Shown here piece by piece: positions 34,977-43,189 of a DNA stretch of 43,189 bases. Every line of letters starts with the position of its first letter. The first letter of the stretch is position 1. The stretch is from Trypethelium eluteriae (lineage: Eukaryota), in contig JAVECL010000148.1 in assembly GCA_051942245.1 (NCBI GenBank), forward strand, positions 1 to 43,189, given 5' to 3'. The notes under the pieces are model-generated. The model saw nothing but the letters and a program-made list of their open reading frames with translations, was not told the DNA's origin and made no database searches. A program made the translations under genes and the position numbers.

Positions 34977-37900
34977 GCGTAGTTGTAGATCGGGGTTCGC
35001 ACGTGTAATTTGGGTGTGGAGAGAAATTATGCGTAGAAAAGATATGGAATTGATAGTTATGAGACTTGGAGAGTTTTAAAGGGAAGTACACGTAGGCCGC
35101 ATACTTCCCAAACCCAATGACATTGAGTAACAATGCTCGGCAATGATTGACCCAGTATAGCTTTTCTGCCCAACAGCTTTCGTAGCCCATCGTGGAGGGT
35201 GTAGGCTCGTCGTGGGATTTGTCAAGAATGTGGAGAGGTCAGGATAGAGTGTTTTACCCCTGAGCCACTTCTGGAATCTACGTCCCACCAAACCATGCAT
35301 CGGCTTCGGTTGCTCAAATACACCAAAGGCTTCTTGAGATCAAGAGGATCCTTACCGTAATCCATGCGTCGTTCATGATCCGTACGGTGAACTTGGTTCG
35401 TAGCGTGTTTGAGCCTGCTCCCCGCAAATGTCCAAGAAGCCATAGTTCAACAAAGCCTTCATCGAGACATGCGGATACTGATGTCTTACTCTTAGGCAAA
35501 ACTCAGACTAGTGGCTATCTGGCTGATCAGTTCAAGTCGAAAAAGGGTTAAGGTTGAACGGGCGATAGAATGAACTTCGGGTCTTTACTCAACTCTATAA
35601 GCATCATACATGCAGGTGGTTATTCCGAAAGATTCGAGGCAGGGACATTTAGAAAATTTACCACGGCTAACCTTGTGATGGTTCTCCCGCTCGTGGCACC
35701 CTTGCTTTTTCAAGGACCTTGTTCCTTGGTAGCCGTTGTTTCGATTCTATAAGACAGCCAATATAGGACAACGTGGACGATCGAATCTGTGACAACCGCC
35801 CGGCCGAGCTTTAAAACGGCCGAGCGCTCGCGTCTCAGACGAGGGTACAGAGCCAGGTTCTAGAAGATGGAGGAAACGCATGATCCCGCGTCTGCGTCTC
35901 AGAAGTATCAAGCCACGATGCCGGATCTAGTCCCATATCCCAGAAGCGCGTATCAAGAGACGCACAGTAATATCTGGCTGCTAGCCACGATCAAGAAAGG
36001 GGAACAGCGCGAACAACGAGAGACGAATAGAGAAATGCGATTAGCGGGTTTATGGAAACTTGTATAGATACATAGACTCTTGGTGCACGTAAGGTATCTG
36101 GTCAACTAGTGCGATACCTGGTACAGTAGTCTCGGTGCAGCCCAGTCGCGCGTTTCACCCGAAAATCGAGGCAGGCTAGTGTGGGCGAAGCCATGTGGCC
36201 AAGATCTAGTCGTATGTAACGCAATTCTGCTAAGACTTTGACGTGCTACGTGCGCCCTGAAAATTAGAATGGAGGAGGGGTTCACAAGTATTGTGGCGGG
36301 GCAGCGATTGTAACAGCTGTTCTAAACCGAAGCGCTGGCAGGGAACGGCAAGTGCGACTGAAAGATGAAGCCCACAGGACCAGACCGAGACACAAAGAAC
36401 GAAGCGCAACCTGGGGTCTAAATGTTGGTGATTCCCGTTGAACTGGACCAGGTGCGGCTGATTTCTGCCATCGATATCCGAAGAAAAGCATTTCCTGCGT
36501 CACTTGCACCTCACGATGACAATAACAAGACTTGGATCTCGTCCTACCACCTGAGGTGATCAGCAAATCAGCTTCATGAGCAGCGCTTTGCTTTGGTCCC
36601 AAAGCAGACACTGTGTGTCCTAAAACGGTCCGGAGCTGGTCGGGATGGAAGCAGCTTTCATGCAGGTCTTGCAGCTAGAGCAGGCAGATCTTGTTGGTCA
36701 CCAACATCGCGCACAACGACAGCTGCGAGTGTCGTTTCTTGGCCAGGTACTGATCCAGATATTGCCCTTGTGGCCGCTCTCATTGGTAGTGAGTTATCGG
36801 GAGGAAGAAAAGACGTCAAAAGATGCCGTACCACTCTCCTTGCTACCCGTCCCCAGGCTGTCCGGTGCAGGAGCACACGCTGGTTAGTGAGGTATGGTGG
36901 AGGATGCAGATCCTGCCACGGAAGGATTACTTCTCCCTTCTCTGCATTATTGTCTGCAGCCTTGTCAACCCTCTCACGGGTGAAGCGTGCAGGCGAGATG
37001 GTCCCTTGAATTCGATAGTCTTCATGCTCATCATTTCGCCAGTTGGTAACGCGAAAAGGAGAGACCACCATCCTGAAGTGATTTTGTCGTACTGTACCTA
37101 GCTCGCGGGCTCGAACGAGGATCATCATTGATGGTACACTACTGAGTTGGGGCTCGGCTTCACACGTGGGCGACTATCAATTGACGATCGTGCGAACGTT
37201 ATTCTGCGAGGCGAGCTGCGCACATCCGCGACCGAGCCGCGCGAAGACGCGTTGAGACAGGGAGGAAGCAAATTGGAAATTGCGCCAGCAGTGGCTTGCG
37301 CACGGATTCAGATGGCTTATGGTGGTGGAGCAGATCCTTCTTCCTTCTGCAAGTCCAGAAAGGAGGCTGCGCGTCACGGTTGAATTCGTTTTGTCTCGCT
37401 GTCGCGCTACGCGTACTTCAGGAGTACGGAGTATTGCTTCTCGACTTTTGAAACGGGCAGATCTTGAGCGAGGGTAGATCCGTAGGATTGGGTCTTCCAT
37501 CACCTTGCAGCGCCGCTACATTGTTCGGCAATCAATGTCACTGGTAGACGGGGAGTTGTGCGAGTCAGGCAGCACCGTGTCTTCTCGACCAAGCGGATAA
37601 GCGCATTCTACTGCATACATGATTGGTTTGGGCGTGCGAATGACAACTTCGTCGCCAAGTCTCAATTTTGTATTCAATGGCCTCAGAGCTTGGATTTGAG
37701 ACTGGAATGCCCGGTGTTCAAAGTACGGAGTGCCCGCGACAAAGGTAATTGCGAGCTTCGACTGCCCTAGTCGACGACGGTGAGGCCCGATGCAACCTGT
37801 CTTTGCAGACTAGGTCGTGAGGCTAGAGGAGATGTAGTATGGCTGGTATGGCTCCACGGATAGGGTGCATAAGGCTATTAACTATTTGCACCTTTTTCAT

Positions 37901-38184
37901 CTGTGTTCACCTTGAGGCACGCCTCTTAGCCGTCCACTCGCCTCTAAACGAGATTCGCAAACGCGCATCATCCAAAATTGCAAGAAATATGCGTGCCAAC
38001 ATGATTGCTGCTTTCGCTCGCGTTATTAAGACGCCGATCGTTGTTGTAAATGGCAAACACGGTCGCAATGAGAGGAGACGGGAGGCTCCTTCTACCCGGC
38101 TGAGGCAATCTGCCGATCTTGGTCGGTCAATTTCTCTCGTCATTGGTTGGCACGGGAACTTTCCCGAAGCTCTCACCCTCTGAT

Positions 38185-38220
38185 ATGCTTCTTGCGATGC
38201 TTCTTGCGATGCTTCTTGCG
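38185..38220. repeat. Perfect 12-bp tandem repeat (ATGCTTCTTGCG) x3
   Basis: Read directly from the sequence. Confidence 0.9.
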
Positions 38221-40031
38221 ACTTAGCGCCTCGGTCATCGTGACGGCGAGCGAATGGCAGACGAGCATGGCTAAGTATCTCTGAGTAGCCAACAGGAGGA
38301 TGCCTACAGCCAACCTCTGAGGTGACAGTTGACGGCGAAGGCGCTCATTTGGTGTCAGACTACAGTAAAATGACATTATTATCCTTATTCTTTGAATAGA
38401 GGAACCGAGCATCATGCTCCGGGCCAAGAGCGACTACGTTAGCTGTGCTACGAGGTGGCACGCTGCTGCTCTAAGCTCGTGGGCCGTTGGGGTCTTCGGC
38501 GTTGGCTTCCTGTAATCTCTTGAGCCTAACTCAATCCAGCCTCAGACAGGGAAAAGCACCTGGAGACTTAGGGGAACAAAAACGAGGCCTGAAAAGAGAG
38601 TGTGCGCCGGAATCAGAAAGAGGCTTAGAATGGCTTATTAGAACAGACCGTGACGGAGAATAGCCGACGTGGTGGGTCTTATTACCTGTCTTGGTGGAAC
38701 AGGGGCAAAAGACGTTGACCTGTAGCCATCTTGGGTATTCACACGCGGTCTTCCTGGCATCTTTCACAATAACTTCAGGGACATTCCGCAGACACATGGA
38801 AGCAGCAAGAAGCGCCAGAAGACTGCCAAACCGACAACAGCTTCTTGGCTAACCACGTTGATGGGAACCAATCCTCTTTAGTGGACAATGCAGATCGGGG
38901 TCGGACCATCTCTTGGGGTACCGTCGGGATCCAAAGTTCCGCACATGGCCATACAGTAAGGTACCTTAGCCTTAGGTAGTTATATGGAGAGGTAGTGATG
39001 AGAATAACTGCTTGTACTCCGTAATGTGCGTACCTAGAGCTGAAGAGCTTGCTAATGGCGCCGAGAGGAATTGTAATGATCTCAGCGACAGCACTGCAAC
39101 CTTGGCAAGCTGAGATGGTGAGATGCTCTCTCTCTTCTGGGTGCCACTCGCGGCTACGCGCGCCTCAGTATAATTACCGTACACCGAACAATGCCATAGT
39201 GTCTTACCTTACTCATCCATATGTACCCACCCACCCACGTCGTCGGAAATGTGCTTGCATAAACGTCCCGGAAATGCCGTCCCTGGGCGTGAGCATGCCG
39301 CATAACTGGCATCTGGGAGGCTGGCCACAAATTTTCTGGCTTCGAAGCCACTTCGAGCGGGCTGGTAGCATCGATGTTCATGCCGGCCAGGCGCAGCGGC
39401 ACGGGCCTGGGGAGGTATCTTCATGTATCGCGCCGGTGCTGCGGTCATTGGAGGGGTGAGGGCAGACATACATGCTAAGATGCACGAGAGGCCACCAGGT
39501 CACCGTCTCCCAACGCGCGGCCGGGGTCTGCACGCCACAGCCACGAGCTTGCCGTGTCGAAGCTGTCCGCCCATCGCCGGCGTGCGAAACGATGCTGGTG
39601 CCCCATTGCGGCCATGTCGACGCCTCGTGCAGGCCTCGTTGTTGCTTTTCGTCATTCCCTAGGCGCAGGCGTGGTGGGCGATCCCAGCACCCCAGCGCCC
39701 CAGCGTCAGCAACCGGCCCCGTCGAGCTCTTCGACATGGCCTAGTCAAGGATACCACCATGACTCGCCGCCCTGCCACCGTCTCTCCACAGTTGCTAACG
39801 TTAGTCTGCGACCAGCCGGCCTCTATTCTTCTCTGGCATCTCCCCCAAGCAGTCGTCGTCCGCCCTAGCCACCACCGTGGCCCCCCTTTGCTTCACTCTT
39901 CGTTACGGTACTCTAGCATGGTTCTTGGCTATGGAAGTCTTAGACCCAGTGCGACACTAGATTAGTTCTGAAACTTCAGAAGCTATTCGGACCACTCCCG
40001 TTAATTTGCATTTTTCCATCTCTTCCCTGAC

Positions 40032-43000
40032 ATGTCTCAATCTTTCCAATCGCCCTATTCCCCACAGCTTAATCAGTACGCCAACCACTTCGCTGCCTCT
40101 GGCATCGACGTCGCCACAGAAACCCAGAGACTCGTCGACCTTGGTCTCGTCAGTCCCAAGAGGGGGAAGGTAGCCAAGGAAGTCGGCTTCGAACCATCTC
40201 ACAGGCCCGGTATGAACACCTTGTCTGATTCAAACAGTGGAGCTCGGTTGTCGCAACACAACCAGCACTATCGTTCATCACATGTCCATCACCGTTCATC
40301 ACTTGTCTAATGCTGCGCTCAGGTCGCTCCAAGGATTCATTCACTCCCCACCCCGCTTCCTCTCGCCGGCCCTCCTACTCTCGCCAAAACTCCGCTGGCG
40401 ACACTCGACCACCCTTCTCTCCCAAAGCCTCAACCGTACGAAGACCTTCGCCTGGTGCTTTACCACGCACAGGCAGTCGAGGTATGGCGGGGGTCCTTGA
40501 CCTGGAACGCAGCCGGACAAGGAGAGATCGAACTTTCATCGGCGCCGAGTGCGCCGTGTGCGAGGAACCTTTGGAACATACCCTCCGTGGAGAGCGCATT
40601 CTTCAATTTTCTTGCCAACATGTTTCTCACGAAGCATGCTTCTACGAGTACCTCCGAGAATACGATGCGCAAGCCTGCCCTACGTGCGAAGCACCCCTTG
40701 GATTAGACTCTAGCCGAGGTGGTAACGTCTTGGATCTTAGTATGTCTCGTTTTCTTTTTTTTTTTTTTTTTTTTTTTTGGCATAAAGCCACGAATACCAG
40801 TCTGTGCTAACATCCAGATAGGCAAACTGCAGAACCTGGTCCGGTCAGTACAGTCCTCTGATGAGGGACGAAGAAGCGGACAGGCAACTCCGCAACCATG
40901 GGATTCTGATAGCACACACCGACGGAACGACTCTCGTCAAGGACAACGCGAAAACCTCCCTCGGCGCAACTACCGTGATAGCGATGAACGGTATGACCAG
41001 CGATCCGGTTCTTACTCTCGCGCACATGCACGTAATGACAGTGGAGCTACTGGAATGGCCTCCTCCGCCGGGGAGCGGGAATATACTGAAGCACAACACG
41101 CACTTAGCCGTAGACATGATTACGATGTTTCTTCCATGGAAACCAATTTGAGCAGCCCCCGTTCGCATGCTGCTCGCAATCCCATCCCTCCACCCAACGT
41201 CACTGTACGCACCGAATTCCCGACTCTGACCCGCTCCCGACAGCAACAAAGCGTGACGTGCCTGGTTACCGTGGAAGTAATGGAAGGGAAATGGCGACCT
41301 AGTCCGGATGACATTCGCGCTGCGCCCCCTATGCCGGCGCCCCGACCGGACGAATTTCAGAGTCCGCAATCTCCCCAGGCTGGTCGCCAGAGGCTTCAGA
41401 GCATCTACGAGTCTCAAGAAGCGCTCGATGACATTACCGAAGAATTACACTCCAGAGTAGAGAATTGGCATGGCTTGGACTTTTCAAGGTTCGGCTTCTT
41501 TAATCCAGTTTCTGTGGTACGCAGGCATTAATTTCGAATAGATTCGGTAAACTTCGCCTTCACGGGGCCGTGAGAGTGGGTAAAGACCGACAGTCTTGGC
41601 AGGAGTTGGAATGCTATCTCTTCTCCGATATGCTCATTTGTGTAAAAGAAAAGAAACCACAAGCTCAAAGTAATTGGGACGGTGGCGAGTCTGATGTCGA
41701 ACAGCGAAGACCGAGGTGTACTCTTAAGGGCTCAATACTGATCAAGAAGCATTTGAAACAAGTGAATGCCGCTTCAGGTACAGATCATCCGCCCTTTTCA
41801 ATTTTAGATTACCTGGCTGATGAAAATCTTCAAGATGCCTCCATATTGACACTCACTCTCTCGGTTACCGAGCTCCCACAATTCCACCTTCAGTTCCAGA
41901 ATCGGAGTCAGCTTGATATGTGGAAGAAAGCACTTCTCGACATCAACGCTCCAGAGCCTCAATTACGGATGCAAGATTTTGACCAAGACAACTCTGGAAC
42001 GGATGAAGAGGACTACAGGAACTCGAAGACTACCAACAAGAGGCTGTCTTCGGTAAATTCTTCCTATGGAGCCAACCGCTCTACTTACACTGCACCCACG
42101 GAATATTCTAATCCGCGTGGTGGCATGCAGGAGCCGCTTTTGCACGCCCCTTCCCATGTTCCGATAGATATCGTCGTAGTCATTCCCGTCTCGTCCTCAA
42201 TGCAGGGTCTCAAGATTACCCTTCTCCGTGACACGCTGCGATTCATGGTTCAAAACCTTGGCGACAAAGATAGAATGGGCTTGGTCACATTTGGGTCGAG
42301 CGGTGGCGGGGTTCCGCTCGTGGGTATGTCAGCCAAGTCCTGGTCTGGATGGTCCAAGATTTTAGAGTCTGTCAAACCAGTCGGTCAGAAGAGCCTGAGG
42401 GCGGATGTAGTCGAGGGTGCCAATGTTGCGATGGATCTGCTTATGCAGAGGAAGGCGTCAAACCCTTTGTCAAGCATCATGCTCATTAGCGACTCTTCGA
42501 CATCCGACCCGGAAAGTGTTGACTTCGTCGTTTCGAGGGCAGAGGCTGCAAAGTATGTTCCCAGCATTGTTCTATATACCTATGGTACCCACTAATAATC
42601 CTTATCAGGGTGACGATACATTCTTTCGGTCTTGGGCTAACACACAAGCCCGATACAATGATTGAACTTTCCAGCCGGACGAAGGCATCATACAGCTACG
42701 TGAAGGACTGGATGATGCTTCGAGAATGTGTCGCTGGTTGCCTCGGCTCGCTCCAAACCATCTCACATCAGAATGTGAAGCTCAAGCTTCGCTTGCCCGA
42801 GGGTTCACCCGCCAAGTTTGTGAAGACTAGTGGTGCACTCCAGGTCACGAAGCGGGCAACTGGGAGAGACGTCGAAGCCTTACTTGGGGACTTGCGTTTT
42901 GGAGATAAGCGGGACATTCTTGTCCAACTTGCCATCGCGCCAGACGCTACCACTTCCGAACAAGTGCCACAGGACCATTGGGAAACCATTGTGTCTGGCC

Positions 43001-43189
43001 TCGAAGCTCTCGGCGGCGCTTCTGAGTTCGATGACAATCGCACTCTCAGCGTTGAAGAAGTTCCTCTTATTCAAGCCGACCTCGTGTACGGCGACATTCT
43101 CCGCGAAGGTGTCCTTGGCCACTTCCCCCGTCCATCCCTCCTCGCCATCACTATGCTACCCGCTCTCAAGAAATCTCGCACCCTTACCC
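40032..43189 (+). CDS. RING finger + PH + von Willebrand A protein (Far1/Ste5-like scaffold architecture), 3' end beyond the window
   Basis: RING-H2 CAVC...CQHVSHEAC...CPTC, PH-like ECYLFSDMLICVKEK and vWA PIDIVVVIPVSSSM...DRMGLVTF. Introns 40210-40322, 40740-40821, 41489-41541, 41778-41834 and 42553-42608. The frame stays open to the window end. Confidence 0.88.
40755..40778 (+). repeat. Poly(T)24 tract inside intron 2 of the RING-PH-vWA gene
   Basis: Read directly from the sequence. Confidence 0.9.

Noticed and set aside
36282..37770. ORFs of 100-156 aa on both strands
   Set aside because: No domain signal and no consistent splice model linking them.
39960..39980. Pheromone response element upstream of the Far1-like gene
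   Set aside because: Only a single mismatched TGAAACT was seen, and I noticed no perfect TGAAACA in the upstream region.
1..43189. CRISPR arrays, rRNA, tRNA, intact transposons
   Set aside because: No repeat-spacer arrays, tRNA cloverleafs with conserved loops, or transposase/reverse transcriptase motifs were recognised by eye. Small ncRNAs could have been missed.

Overview
Eukaryotic, intron-containing DNA from a filamentous ascomycete (Pezizomycotina-type: short GT-AG introns with CTAAC/CTGAC/CTAAT branch sites). Bases ~1-10.8 kb form an accessory-looking block: a small secreted Thr-rich protein with two Lys-Arg sites, a beta-lactamase-family serine hydrolase, a 52-aa Gly-rich peptide gene absent from the ORF track, and a 9-exon fungal NLR (helical N-domain, NB-ARC, TPR-like repeats). 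The rest is mostly core genes: PUS1, TFA1 (TFIIE alpha), a Cys2/CysA-type serine O-acyltransferase, TIM23, TRM732/THADA and a 3'-truncated RING-PH-vWA (Far1/Ste5-architecture) gene. Between them lie three orphan genes, two small single-pass membrane protein genes and a ~5 kb gene-poor stretch. No rRNA, tRNA, CRISPR array or intact transposon was recognised. Exon boundaries were derived by hand from splice signals and frame continuity. Family assignments come from remembered motifs, not database searches.
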